Part shown: piece by piece, positions 42,596-53,200 of the stretch | Position numbering within the stretch: position 1 is the first letter of the stretch | How the letters are laid out: the number at the start of each line of letters is the position of its first letter | Assembly: GCA_947586655.1 (NCBI GenBank) | Contig: CANPXR010000001.1 | Span: 1,638 to 65,637, forward strand | Direction: 5' to 3' | Length of the DNA: 64,000 nt | From: an uncultured Bacilli bacterium | GTDB taxonomy: Bacteria > Bacillota_I > Bacilli_A > RF39 > UBA660 | Position numbers and translations under genes: made by a program | The notes under the pieces: model-generated | Database searches by the model: none | What the model saw: the letters and a program-made list of their open reading frames with translations, nothing else | Told to the model about the DNA's origin: nothing

Positions 42596-43399
42596 TTACC
42601 TAGGATATCCGGTGGTCATAACCCCCCTTGTATTAACTCCACCAATTCCGTCCTTTCCATTACTCGTTTTATCTAAAAGGGTTAATAAATCAACATTGTT
42701 ATTTTTATCTGATAAGCTAAGAGACAATGCTATTATCGCCGGATCAAGAGCATGAATATTTATTTTCTTAGGGCTTGATGCAAAATTTGCTCCTGCTTTT
42801 ATAAGCCTTTCATAGTCAGATTGGCAAGCACCAGCGATTATTATTAATTTATCATAATCACGTTGATACCTACGACATACTTTTACAGCTTCAGAAAAAT
42901 ATTTAGAATTTTTCTTGATTTCTGAATCATGACCAGTAATAACAACAATATCTGGATTAATATCCTCTAAATATTTTTCGATGTTTTGTGCCATTTCATT
43001 CTCTGGGGAAAAAACACCAAAAGCTAAGACATTAGCTTTTTTATAAAAATCTAAGCACCTATTTAAATACTCTCGGTCCCCGTCAACATGAAGAATTTTA
43101 CCTGGAATATAAAAATAATCACTTCGTTCAAAATTCCTTATGTTTTCCAATTTTTCATAAAATATTCTATCCTCATCATTATTTTTAGTCTCCACTAAAA
43201 TTAAATCATTAACGTTACTATCCGCGCAAAGTCTTACGTTTACACCTTTTAGGTAAGCAATGCCTTCTACTATTTTTTCTATTTTAAAAACAACGTCATT
43301 ATCATGAGATATCCTTGTAACAAAATCTCCTACCTTAAACAATATCATCACCCAATAAAATATATGCAAAAAAAAACTAAACATTCTTTCGTTTAGCAT
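42596..43399 (-). CDS. yabG: Sporulation-specific protease YabG (peptidase U57). The likely start is the internal Met (MILFKVGDF…).
   Basis: Blocks PGKILHVDGD, IVVITGHD, AGACQS, AGANFASSP and NIHALDP all match B. subtilis YabG. Confidence 0.85.
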   Translation of the reverse strand: MLNERMFSFFLHIFYWVMILFKVGDFVTRISHDNDVVFKIEKIVEGIAYLKGVNVRLCADSNVNDLILVETKNNDEDRIFYEKLENIRNFERSDYFYIPGKILHVDGDREYLNRCLDFYKKANVLAFGVFSPENEMAQNIEKYLEDINPDIVVITGHDSEIKKNSKYFSEAVKVCRRYQRDYDKLIIIAGACQSDYERLIKAGANFASSPKKINIHALDPAIIALSLSLSDKNNNVDLLTLLDKTSNGKDGIGGVNTRGVMTTGYPR

Positions 43400-43417
43400 T
43401 TTAATATCATCTTTAAA

Positions 43418-43861
43418 TTAATAATACAGCGAAAAGTCCTTTTTATTTTCTATGGGCTTGATATTTGAAAAATTATTTTCTTTAGCATTACTTTTTATTT
43501 GTTTTAAAATTACTTTATCCTTTGAATATACGTTAATAAAAGTATTATCCACAACAATAAGTAATAACTTACAATCACTATTAAAATAATCATCATAACT
43601 TTTAATTTCACTAAATCTATCACTTTTATTATATAACTGTAGTGTTAAAAAAATGGGATAATGAGTAGTTTTTATTAATTCTTTAAATTCGGCGTTTAAA
43701 TAAATTTCTTTATTAAAGAAATTAGTTGCTCTTTCATTAAGAACCTCATCATAAACCACCTTCCAAATACCATCTTTAAAATCTACGTTTTTAAGTATTT
43801 TTAAAAGAAAAACGTCATACTTATTTGGCATTTCAAAGCTAATTCCTATCATAATAACCAT
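43418..43861 (-). CDS. Hypothetical 147-aa cytosolic protein, last gene of the ABC module
   Basis: ORF with coding-like composition; no recognisable family. Confidence 0.4.
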   Translation of the reverse strand: MVIMIGISFEMPNKYDVFLLKILKNVDFKDGIWKVVYDEVLNERATNFFNKEIYLNAEFKELIKTTHYPIFLTLQLYNKSDRFSEIKSYDDYFNSDCKLLLIVVDNTFINVYSKDKVILKQIKSNAKENNFSNIKPIENKKDFSLYY

Positions 43862-43904
43862 ACTTCCTTTTTAATTTATTTATCTATTAAAAATATCCTA
43901 TTTT

Positions 43905-44546
43905 TCATTTGTCTTGTTTTTTCGTAACTAGACCCGCATCCACTTCATATATTTCATCAGCTAAACCATAAATGTCTTCTTTTATGTGAGATGCTAAAAT
44001 AATTAGTTTCCCTTTGTTTTTTTCTTCTTTTAAAATTTTTCTTATATCATTTGCAGTACTGTTTTCTACACCATTAAATGGTTCATCAAAAATCATTATA
44101 TCGGGATTTTCCATTAAAACTTGTGCAATCCCAAGTTTTTGTTTGGTTCCTAATGAATACTTTGAATACTTTTTATTTGCTTCACTTTTTAGATTAACCT
44201 TAACTAAAGTAGCATTAATTTCATCATCCCCTATTTTATTTTGAATGGAAGAAAGAAGTTTTAAATTTTCAAATCCAGTTAAATCAGGTAAAAAATTTGG
44301 TTTTTCTATTAATGCCCTAGTATTTTTAGGAAAACTATTTTCCTTTAGATAATTAACACCATCAAGTGAAATTTCACCTTCGGTTACGTTATAAAAACCA
44401 CATATTATCTTAAGTAATACGCTTTTACCGCTACCATTTCTTCCAACGAAACCATATATTTTCCCGCCCGTAAACTTCAAATTTACATCTTTTAATACTT
44501 CGTTATTTCCAAACCTTTTTGATACGTTTTTTATTAATAATTCCAT
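43905..44546 (-). CDS. Short ABC transporter ATP-binding protein (ABC-2 type)
   Basis: Walker A GRNGSGKS, degenerate signature YSLGTKQK, Walker B IMIFDEP. 213 aa. Confidence 0.8.
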   Translation of the reverse strand: MELLIKNVSKRFGNNEVLKDVNLKFTGGKIYGFVGRNGSGKSVLLKIICGFYNVTEGEISLDGVNYLKENSFPKNTRALIEKPNFLPDLTGFENLKLLSSIQNKIGDDEINATLVKVNLKSEANKKYSKYSLGTKQKLGIAQVLMENPDIMIFDEPFNGVENSTANDIRKILKEEKNKGKLIILASHIKEDIYGLADEIYEVDAGLVTKKQDK

Positions 44547-44555
44547 AAGTCCTCC

Positions 44556-45242
44556 TTAAACGTTTTCAATTATTTTTTTATTAAATAATTTAAATATAAT
44601 GGTAAGTAAAAATAAAAATATTATGTTTATTAAAATCATTCCTAATATTTGGTTATTACTTAACCCATAAATATTTTTAGGTATTATAGCCATTAGAAAA
44701 GCAAAAACAAAATAAGGAATAAACTTCATCTTACTTGTGCATGCACTAATGACATAAATTATAATAAATAAAAATTGAATAAATATTATATAAATAAAAT
44801 CTGAAAAAAGTAATCTGAGTGCACTGTTAAAATTTGCACTTTTTCCTAATAATACTACCGCTAAAAATAGTATGACATACTGGGTTAACTTTAAGATAAA
44901 AGTTATGTTTATGAATACTATGCTCTTTTTTAATAACCACTTTGAAGGCTTTATTCTTAAGAAAATATTATCTAATTGATAAGCAATGTCCTTAACGTAA
45001 ATATCAACTATCAAAAAGATATATATGGATAAATTAAATAATAACATTATAAATTGTAATATACTACTTTGATTAAAACCAATCCAATTTGTTCCCATAC
45101 AAAGATTAACTCTATTAACAAAGGTAATTTTTGCAGCAATATTTATAAGAAGCAAAATAAGTGGAACTAAAAATAATGCAAGTAATATTTTTTTCCTTTT
45201 TTTTATTAAATAACTAATATCATTAATCATTAAATATTTCAT
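44556..45242 (-). CDS. ABC-2-type integral membrane protein (~6 TM)
   Basis: Highly hydrophobic 228 aa; 4-nt ATGA overlap with the upstream gene. Confidence 0.5.
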   Translation of the reverse strand: MKYLMINDISYLIKKRKKILLALFLVPLILLLINIAAKITFVNRVNLCMGTNWIGFNQSSILQFIMLLFNLSIYIFLIVDIYVKDIAYQLDNIFLRIKPSKWLLKKSIVFINITFILKLTQYVILFLAVVLLGKSANFNSALRLLFSDFIYIIFIQFLFIIIYVISACTSKMKFIPYFVFAFLMAIIPKNIYGLSNNQILGMILINIIFLFLLTIIFKLFNKKIIENV

Positions 45243-45991
45243 GTTATCACCATTTTTTTACTTTTTAAAGAAATTTTATACATAATATATACTATCAATC
45301 CTAATATAAACATAAATAATATTGAAAAAATAACCTCCGTCATAAAAGAAGAATAGCTAAGACTTAAAAAGTAATTCCACGGAATTATTGTAAAACTACT
45401 TCCTAATGACGTACTTTGTAGTGGTAACATAAACCCCACCATAAATATTGCGCTAGTAATCATAGTTATCTTTTCTTTTAAAATAATATAGATTGAAGCT
45501 GAAATTAACATAATTAATATTGATAATACAATATATCTACCCATGTAGAAAATAGTATAAACAAAATTACTTATGCCATAATTTTGATAACTATATATGT
45601 TAAAATTACATGGTTTAAAAAAAATCAATATTACAAAATAAAATATGAAAAATAATAAAAAGAAAAATAGATTTAAAACGATGGTTGTTTTAAATAATTC
45701 TTTTATATAATTAGCCTTATTTTTTAAACGCATTATATAAAAACTAAAATTCTTATTAAAGATCGTACAGGTATTTAACGTGTTTAAAAATAATAAAGCA
45801 AACATAAAAATATTAAATATATAAAACTCAAACGGTAAAAGAATTGAATCAAAGAAATTATCTTTAGCAATCCCTAAAACAATTGCTGCGTATAATGCCA
45901 AAATTATTAACATTAAAAACAATAATCTAAATCTATCAGTAGATGTAATATAGCTTAGTACCTTTATTTGATTATGCAGTTTGTTTTTCAT
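45239..45991 (-). CDS. ABC-2-type integral membrane protein
   Basis: 250 aa, multi-TM; translationally coupled to its neighbours. Confidence 0.5.
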   Translation of the reverse strand: MKNKLHNQIKVLSYITSTDRFRLLFLMLIILALYAAIVLGIAKDNFFDSILLPFEFYIFNIFMFALLFLNTLNTCTIFNKNFSFYIMRLKNKANYIKELFKTTIVLNLFFFLLFFIFYFVILIFFKPCNFNIYSYQNYGISNFVYTIFYMGRYIVLSILIMLISASIYIILKEKITMITSAIFMVGFMLPLQSTSLGSSFTIIPWNYFLSLSYSSFMTEVIFSILFMFILGLIVYIMYKISLKSKKMVIT

Positions 45992-46928
45992 TTGATATTA
46001 TAACCCCTTCCTTGTTTCGATAATATAAGTGAATAAATAAGAAGGATAATAATTGTATTACAAATGATACTAATATTGCAATTAAACAAATATTTCCATC
46101 AAAAAACCAATAACCCGTAATGTTAAAAATATCCGTCAAATTTTTAAAGCCTAAAATTTTATTTATTACGAAGGCATAAACCACTATGTAAATAAACAAA
46201 TCAACCAACAAAAATAACACATAGCCCATAATGATTGCAACTAATTTATTTTTATTTTTTAAACATGCATACAACCCAATATTACAATATAATATGTTTA
46301 AAAAGTATTGTGATATACAAATTGCAAAACCATATAAGAAAAAGTGCGAATACTTCCAATGGTCATAAACGGCAAAATTCTTAAATTCTTCTGTTAGAGG
46401 GACATTAAAATTAAACCTAGTTACTACCATAGAAATAACAAAAATAAGTATAAGTGCCAGTGGAGTAATTAAAGAAATCTTAAAAATTTGCTTTCTTATC
46501 TTTTTTAAATAGTCATTATACTCCATTCTCATTAAGTAATTTTTTATCATCCCACTTGAAAAATCAGAATGGATAGTACCAACTAATGCAATTATGATTA
46601 ATAATGGAGAAAAGAATTGTAACATACTAAAAATTGTATGCTCAACGATATTACACGTAAGGGTAATAGTATCCAATTTTTTATATTCTTCTTTTGGGTC
46701 ACTTGTTTTAATATATTTCTCTAAATTTTCTTCATTAGGAAAACGCTTACAATACTCATGGTTAGGATTCTTTTTTTCATAACAATTTTCTTTTATAGCA
46801 TAATAACCTTTTGCATAAGAAAAATTATCTTTATAATATTGAAAAAAAGAGCAACCTATAATAAACACGATTATTAGAAACGATAAAATTATAAATTTGT
46901 TTCTTTTAAAAGTCATGGTAACCTCCAT
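45972..46928 (-). CDS. ABC-2-type permease with a Cys-containing ~100-aa extracytoplasmic loop after TM1
   Basis: 318 aa; TM1, then a Cys/Tyr/Lys-rich ectodomain, then 5 TMs. First gene of the operon; a putative TTGAAA-17-TATACT promoter lies at ~46940–46975. Confidence 0.5.
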   Translation of the reverse strand: MEVTMTFKRNKFIILSFLIIVFIIGCSFFQYYKDNFSYAKGYYAIKENCYEKKNPNHEYCKRFPNEENLEKYIKTSDPKEEYKKLDTITLTCNIVEHTIFSMLQFFSPLLIIIALVGTIHSDFSSGMIKNYLMRMEYNDYLKKIRKQIFKISLITPLALILIFVISMVVTRFNFNVPLTEEFKNFAVYDHWKYSHFFLYGFAICISQYFLNILYCNIGLYACLKNKNKLVAIIMGYVLFLLVDLFIYIVVYAFVINKILGFKNLTDIFNITGYWFFDGNICLIAILVSFVIQLLSFLFIHLYYRNKEGVIISNEKQTA

Positions 46929-47026
46929 AATAAATATGGTAATTAGTAACTCAAAACACGTATCTTACCTTAATAAGTATATCATTATATATGTTTGTTT
47001 TCAACTTAAAAGGGAATTACAAAACT

Positions 47027-47860
47027 TTAAAATTTTTCATTTGTTTTACTTAACTCGTTTGAAATTTTAACAAATTCCTCTATCGTAATATTTTCTGCTC
47101 TTTCATTTATATCTTTATTAAAAGTTTTTAATATACTATTTATTTTATTTAAATCATAGTCTGATAAGTTATTTTTTAGCGTTTTTCTTTTTTGAGTAAA
47201 GGCGGTTTTAACAAGTTTAAAAAAATGCGGTTCATTATTTAACTTTATTTTATCTTGTTTTTTATTAAAAACGACCACGGCAGAATCAACGTTTGGTTTT
47301 GGATAAAAAACATTTCTAGATACAATAAAAGCTTTTTTTACATCAAAATAATAATTTAAGAAGATGGTTAAAGAGTTATAGCTTTTTGTACCTGACATAG
47401 CAGAAAATCTATCGGCAACCTCTTTTTGTACCATAACAATTATTTTTTCTACGTCTATTTGTTCATTAATAAACTTACTTATTATTGGAGTTGTTATATA
47501 ATAAGGAAGGTTTGCGATAACCATGATGTTTTCATACTGATATTTTTTTATGTCTTCTTTTATGTTACGATTTAGAAAATCATCATAAATAACGTCAACG
47601 TTTTTATATTCTTCAAGTATCTTATCTAGAGGTTTTTTCAAACTTAAATCTATTTCATAACCCAATACTTGTTTTGCTTTTTCACTTAATTTCTTAGTTA
47701 ATGCTGCAGCTCCTACCCCAATTTCTATTACAAGGGTATTTTTTGTTATATTACCCAAGTTAACAATATTATTTAGTACGTTTTGATCTAGCAAAAAGTT
47801 TTGACCAAACTTCTTTTTAAAAACAAAGTCATTTTCTTTTAAAATTTCCCTTACATTCAT
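47027..47860 (-). CDS. rsmA: 16S rRNA (adenine1518/1519-N6)-dimethyltransferase
   Basis: KsgA N-terminal motif FGQNFLLD and SAM-binding GxGxG. Confidence 0.9.
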   Translation of the reverse strand: MNVREILKENDFVFKKKFGQNFLLDQNVLNNIVNLGNITKNTLVIEIGVGAAALTKKLSEKAKQVLGYEIDLSLKKPLDKILEEYKNVDVIYDDFLNRNIKEDIKKYQYENIMVIANLPYYITTPIISKFINEQIDVEKIIVMVQKEVADRFSAMSGTKSYNSLTIFLNYYFDVKKAFIVSRNVFYPKPNVDSAVVVFNKKQDKIKLNNEPHFFKLVKTAFTQKRKTLKNNLSDYDLNKINSILKTFNKDINERAENITIEEFVKISNELSKTNEKF

Positions 47861-47865
47861 AATTA

Positions 47866-47896
47866 CTCCCTATACAAAAAAGCAAATAAAATAATT
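47866..47896 (-). terminator. Terminator after the yabE-like gene
   Basis: GCAAATAAAAtaaTTTTATTTGC 10-bp stem followed by a T-run on the minus strand. Confidence 0.45.
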
Positions 47897-47924
47897 TTAT
47901 TTGCCTATTTTACTTAATTTTAAA

Positions 47925-48515
47925 TTATCTCCAGGTAACCGCTACATCAATTTGGGTTGGGTTTCTTTTAGCGAAACCTCCGGTATCACAAACTATTGCG
48001 TATCCTAGTGAACTCTCTATTATAGTTCCGCGTGGACGAATATCATAATTAGCAGCAACCATTACATAATCACCAAGCATTTTTACCCCGTCATCACGAA
48101 TCCAATATGGATATTTTTCTTCTGAATATCCCATTCTTCTCATCGTTCTTATCACGCTAGTCATGTTTAAATTATAATAAGATTCTTTCCCTGAAGGACC
48201 AATTACTACACCCTTACTTTTTGAAAGAACATCGCCATTCCAACCACCCTTTAAAACCGTAGTAGTACGAGTTGTGGTAGTAACTTCTTTAGTAGTCGTT
48301 GCAGACATCGTTTCCTCGGTGATTACGTTCGTAGTTGGCTTTACAGACGCAACATAGTTGTTAGGATCAAACGTCTTTTTTGTGGTAGAAACAGTAATTA
48401 CATCTCCACTTCCTGCGGAAAACAATATTCCGGCTTTTGAAAAACCAATAAATGCCATTAAACAAATCACAAGGACTAATAATGCACCCTTAATTTTTCT
48501 ATTTAAATGTTTCAC
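47925..48515 (-). CDS. 3D-domain cell-wall protein (YabE/RpfB-like). GTG start.
   Basis: N-terminal TM, Thr-rich linker, C-terminal 3D-domain-like sequence (…DYVMVAANYDIRPRGTII…VCDTGGFA…IDVAVTW). tatD-yabE-ksgA order as in Bacillus. Confidence 0.6.
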   Translation of the reverse strand: MKHLNRKIKGALLVLVICLMAFIGFSKAGILFSAGSGDVITVSTTKKTFDPNNYVASVKPTTNVITEETMSATTTKEVTTTTRTTTVLKGGWNGDVLSKSKGVVIGPSGKESYYNLNMTSVIRTMRRMGYSEEKYPYWIRDDGVKMLGDYVMVAANYDIRPRGTIIESSLGYAIVCDTGGFAKRNPTQIDVAVTWR

Positions 48516-48571
48516 TTTTTCACCTCATAACCCATTTATACGGGTTGTCAATAATGATATCATAAAAGATA

Positions 48572-49324
48572 CTACAAGTCAAATTTACCACAAACAGCTT
48601 TGCCAGTTTCACTAATTACTTCTTGTAAAGAAAGACCTTTTATTTTAGATATTTCTTTAGCAACTAATATTACGTTATCAGGCACGTTGACTTTTCCACG
48701 AAATGGTTCTGGTGATAAATAGGGACTATCTGTTTCTAAAGAAAGATTACTAATATTAACTTCTCTTACAACCTCTTTTATCTCTTTTGCGTTTTTAAAG
48801 GTAACTATTCCACCAATACCTAGTAAAAAACCTAATTTAATGAATTCACTAGCCATTTCTAAACTTCCTGAATAACAATGGATAATACCACTACTATTAT
48901 ATTCTTTTAATAAATTATATGTATCTAAAAACGCTTTTCTACAGTGAACTATAACTGGTAGATTATTTTCTTTAGCTATTCCTAACATTTTTTTAAATAC
49001 TAAAATTTGAGAATCTTTATTTTCCTTTGTCCAATAATAATCCAATCCAATCTCACCAATTGCCACAACTTTTCTTCTACTCGCCAAGATCTTTATTTTT
49101 TGATACACATCGTCATTAAAATCAGAAATGTTTTGAGGCCCAATACCAACGCATGCATAAACATTTTCATACTTATTCGCCAAATTTACCGCCTCAAAAC
49201 TACTTTGTAAATCATACCCATTTATAATTATTTTGTTAACGCCAGATGCTAATGCTTTTTTTATTACAACTTCTGGGTTTTCATATTCACTTTTTAAAAC
49301 ATGACAATGAGAATCAATTAACAT
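48572..49324 (-). CDS. tatD: TatD-family metal-dependent DNase (YabD)
   Basis: MLIDSHCHV start and conserved TatD His/Glu/Asp motifs. Confidence 0.85.
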   Translation of the reverse strand: MLIDSHCHVLKSEYENPEVVIKKALASGVNKIIINGYDLQSSFEAVNLANKYENVYACVGIGPQNISDFNDDVYQKIKILASRRKVVAIGEIGLDYYWTKENKDSQILVFKKMLGIAKENNLPVIVHCRKAFLDTYNLLKEYNSSGIIHCYSGSLEMASEFIKLGFLLGIGGIVTFKNAKEIKEVVREVNISNLSLETDSPYLSPEPFRGKVNVPDNVILVAKEISKIKGLSLQEVISETGKAVCGKFDL

Positions 49325-49351
49325 TTATACCACCAAAAAAATTATAACACA

Positions 49352-49606
49352 TTAATGATATAATTTAATTATTAAAAACTTTATGAATAATATAAACACA
49401 ATAGCAAAATAAACTAAATCCTTAAGTACACCACTTTCTAAGTATATAAGTGCTATTATAGATAACAATATTAAGAAAAATATAACTTTAGTTATAAAAC
49501 TCTTCTTATCTTCTGTTAATGTGTTATGATGCATTACATATCTTCCTTTCATTAGGATTTGTACAACAATAACAACGTTAAAAATATAACATAATATAAA
49601 AATCAT
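49352..49606 (-). CDS. Hypothetical small membrane protein (start uncertain)
   Basis: Two predicted TM helices; no homolog recognised. Confidence 0.3.
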   Translation of the reverse strand: MIFILCYIFNVVIVVQILMKGRYVMHHNTLTEDKKSFITKVIFFLILLSIIALIYLESGVLKDLVYFAIVFILFIKFLIIKLYH

Positions 49607-49662
49607 GTAAATAACTTGGACAATTAAATACTTAATTAGACAAAATTTTACAATTATTTTAA

Positions 49663-50232
49663 TTAAATTGATTCAAAGTAACTCTCTAAAAACGAAATAG
49701 AAAATTTTATCAATTCATCATGACTTTCTAAAAAATTATTACCTAAGTTTTCTAAGATTAAGTATCCCGCTAAATCACCGTTAGGAGAAATAGGAAAAAT
49801 ATAATATGGCTCTTTTAACCTATAATCTTTTGTAAGTAATATTTTTTTATTTATATCATTTAATACACGTCCATCAAATTCAGAAGAAAGTTTATCATTT
49901 AATAAATCTAATACATTTGAGAAAACTATTTCATCAATGTTAGTTACAAAAACATTTGAATTCGTTTTAGATCCTAGTGCTTTAATAAATAAACTTATGA
50001 ACTCATCTTTTTTATTTATTATTGTGTGTTTTTTAAGTAAAATCGTTTCCATGTCACTTAAAAATATCTCAAGTAATTCTCCTGGTTTAATATGCATGTT
50101 TTTTCTTATTTCCTTTGGGATTACAACCCTTCCCAACTCATCAATTCTTCTTGTTATTCCAGTAGTTTTCATACAATTCATCCCTTCTTTTTTAGAATGT
50201 ATAAAACTGGTAAATTTATTCAATAACATCAA
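49663..50232 (-). CDS. spoVT: Stage V sporulation protein T (AbrB-N domain plus GAF-like C-terminus). The likely start is MKTTGITRRID at ~50172.
   Basis: MKTTGITRRIDELGRVVIPKEIRKN is nearly identical to B. subtilis SpoVT MKATGIVRRIDDLGRVVIPKEIRRT. mfd-spoVT adjacency. Confidence 0.8.
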   Translation of the reverse strand: MMLLNKFTSFIHSKKEGMNCMKTTGITRRIDELGRVVIPKEIRKNMHIKPGELLEIFLSDMETILLKKHTIINKKDEFISLFIKALGSKTNSNVFVTNIDEIVFSNVLDLLNDKLSSEFDGRVLNDINKKILLTKDYRLKEPYYIFPISPNGDLAGYLILENLGNNFLESHDELIKFSISFLESYFESI

Positions 50233-53200
50233 GCATTTTTATCAAATAATAAATAAAATGCATTTTTAAATTTTTTAGTTCTAAAGATATTCTTAATATA
50301 TTATTAGAATATTTGACTTCAAAATTAGAACTAATATTAAATAACCTTGATAAAAGCTCCGCACCATCTTGTTTTTTTGAAACGATATTATTAAAGTATA
50401 TGGTTATAACGTTTTGTAACTGTTCTACCTTAAACACACCTTTTTTCTTTGCGTTAACTTGAAATAATTCTTCCAACATATAAATTACTATATCTTCATC
50501 TAACTTGCCAAATCGGTCGGTTAATTCTTGCTTTATTTTAATAAAGTTATCATAACTATCAATCATATTTATTTTTTTATGGATTTCTATTTTTAAATCC
50601 TGGCTATCAGCATATTTATCACTTATGTGGGTTGCAACACTTATAAATGGCGTTTCATCTACGGGTTCATCTTTTTCTACAAAGTCATTACCCTTTAATT
50701 TTTCCACTTCTTCATTTAATATTTTTAGGTACATATCATATCCAATCGAATCTATAAAACCAGACTGTTCTGCCCCTAAAATATCTCCTGCTCCACGTAT
50801 TGCAAGGTCTCTTGCCGCTAGGGCATATCCACTACCTAATTCTGTAAATTCTTTTATGGCATCTAATCTTTTAACCGCAATATCATTTAACTCTTTGCTT
50901 TTATTATACATTAAATATGCGTACGCAAGCATTTTGCCACGACCTATTCTTCCCCTTATTTGATAAAGTTGACTAAGTCCAAAATAATCTGCATCTAAAA
51001 CAATTAAAGTATTAACATTTTGTATATCAATACCTGTTTCAATTATGGTGGTACATACTAAAACATCAAATTGTTTATTAATAAAACTCTCCATGGTAGT
51101 TTCAATTTGGTTTTTATTCATTTGTCCATGAATATAAGTAACTTTTGATTCAGGTACCAATCTTTTGATTCTTGACACCTGATTCTCTATCTTAGACACA
51201 CTATTATATAGTATAAACACCTGCCCATCACGAGCTAATTCTTTATAAATAGCATCCTTTATAACTTGATCATTCTCCCTTAAAACATACGTTTGAATTG
51301 GGTACCTAAATGCCGGTGGGGTTTCTATTAAAGATAAACCTCTTACTCCAACTAAAGACATTTGAAGCGTTCTAGGTATAGGAGTTGCTGAAAGGGTTAA
51401 GACGTCTATATTCTCTTTATATTTTTTTATTTTTTCTTTATGGGTTACGCCAAATCTCTGTTCTTCATCAATAACTAAAAGTCCTAAATCCTTATACTTA
51501 ACGTCATTACTTAATAATCTATGTGTACCTATTATTAAATCTATCTTACCGCTTTTTAAGTCATTTAATATACTTTCCTTTTTACTAGAAGAAACAAATC
51601 TGTTTAATACCGCAATGTTAACACCAAAACCAGAAAATCTTTCCATGGCGTTATCGTAATGTTGTTTAGACAAAATGGTTGTAGGACATAAAAAGCAAGC
51701 TTGTTTTCCAGATTTAATGGCCTTAAATATGGCTCTAAAAGCAACTTCTGTCTTACCATAACCAACATCACCACATAATAATCTATCCATTGGATAAGGT
51801 TGTTCCATGTCTTCTTTTATTTCTTTTATTACTTTTAATTGATCTTCCGTTTCTTCATATCCAAACCTACTTTCAAATAATAATTGTTCTTCATCATCAC
51901 AAAGAAACGAAAAACCTTTGGAAAGTTTTCTTTTAGCAGAAGTTTCAAGCAATTCCTTTGCAATATCCTTAACCTTTCCTTTTACTTTAGCTTTCTGCTT
52001 TGCCCATTCCGTACCACCAAGTTTATTAATTTTTGGCTGTACTCCTTCATTTGATGAATATTTACTTATGTATTCTATTTTCTCTACAGGAATATATAGT
52101 TTATCAGAATCCTTATACATAACCATTAAAAAGTCCTTTTTTAATCCTTTTACGGTTAAGGTTACAATTCCTAAATATTTTCCTACGCCATGGTTTATAT
52201 GAACGACAAAATCACCAGGTTTTAACTTATTTATATCTTTGATTTTTGACCCATATCTAAACTTACTTTTATATGTAATTGTCTTGTTATTTCCATAAAG
52301 TTCTTGGCTAGATAAATATACAAAATCATTTATTATAAACCCGTTTGAGATAGGCTCTTTTATAATGTTTATTACTTTATTACTTAGTGTTTTTTCGTCT
52401 GTTAAGATTGTTTTTACACTAGATTTATTCATAAAATCATTAATCTTTTTATTGTCTTCTAAAAAGGCAATAATGGTTTTGTTCATGTTAATCATTTTTA
52501 ATAAAAAGTGATTAATCCTATCATAATTACCATTAAACTTTTCAATTTCAGATGAAGAATAGTTTTCCACAAGATAATTATTATCGTCATTATAATTATC
52601 CACAGAAGAAATATTTAAATATTTTTCTGGAATTAATCTTTTTAATTCATGCATATAGTTTTTTACATCAAACGTGTCCGTTTCTTTAAATTCCACTATT
52701 TCTTTTAAAATATTTAAATAAGATAAATTTATTGATTTTAAATCAATAAATACTAAAATGGCATTAGATACATAATCCGATAATGATGATACTTTATTAA
52801 CAACCCTAGGAAGAAGACTTTGTCTATTTGGTACGTCACTTATTTTCTTTTCGTTTATAAATTCAGTAAAAGGCATTATTTTTACTTCATTTTTTTGACT
52901 TGTGGATAACTGTGTAGAAGCGTCAAATTCCCTTATATTTTCTATTTCATCATCAAAAAATTCTATTCTTATTGGAGAATCATATCCATAAGGAAATACA
53001 TCCAAAATATATCCACGGTTAGAATACTCTCCGGTTTTTGTTACTAGGCTCTCTTTTTTATATCCAATTTTATTTAAATTATTTAGTAATTCATCACGAT
53101 TTACTACGTCTTGAACCGTAAGGTTTATGTTCAAACTTTTCCATAAGTTTACATCAGGTAAAAATCTTAAATAACCCATTAAATTAGTAATAACTATTTT

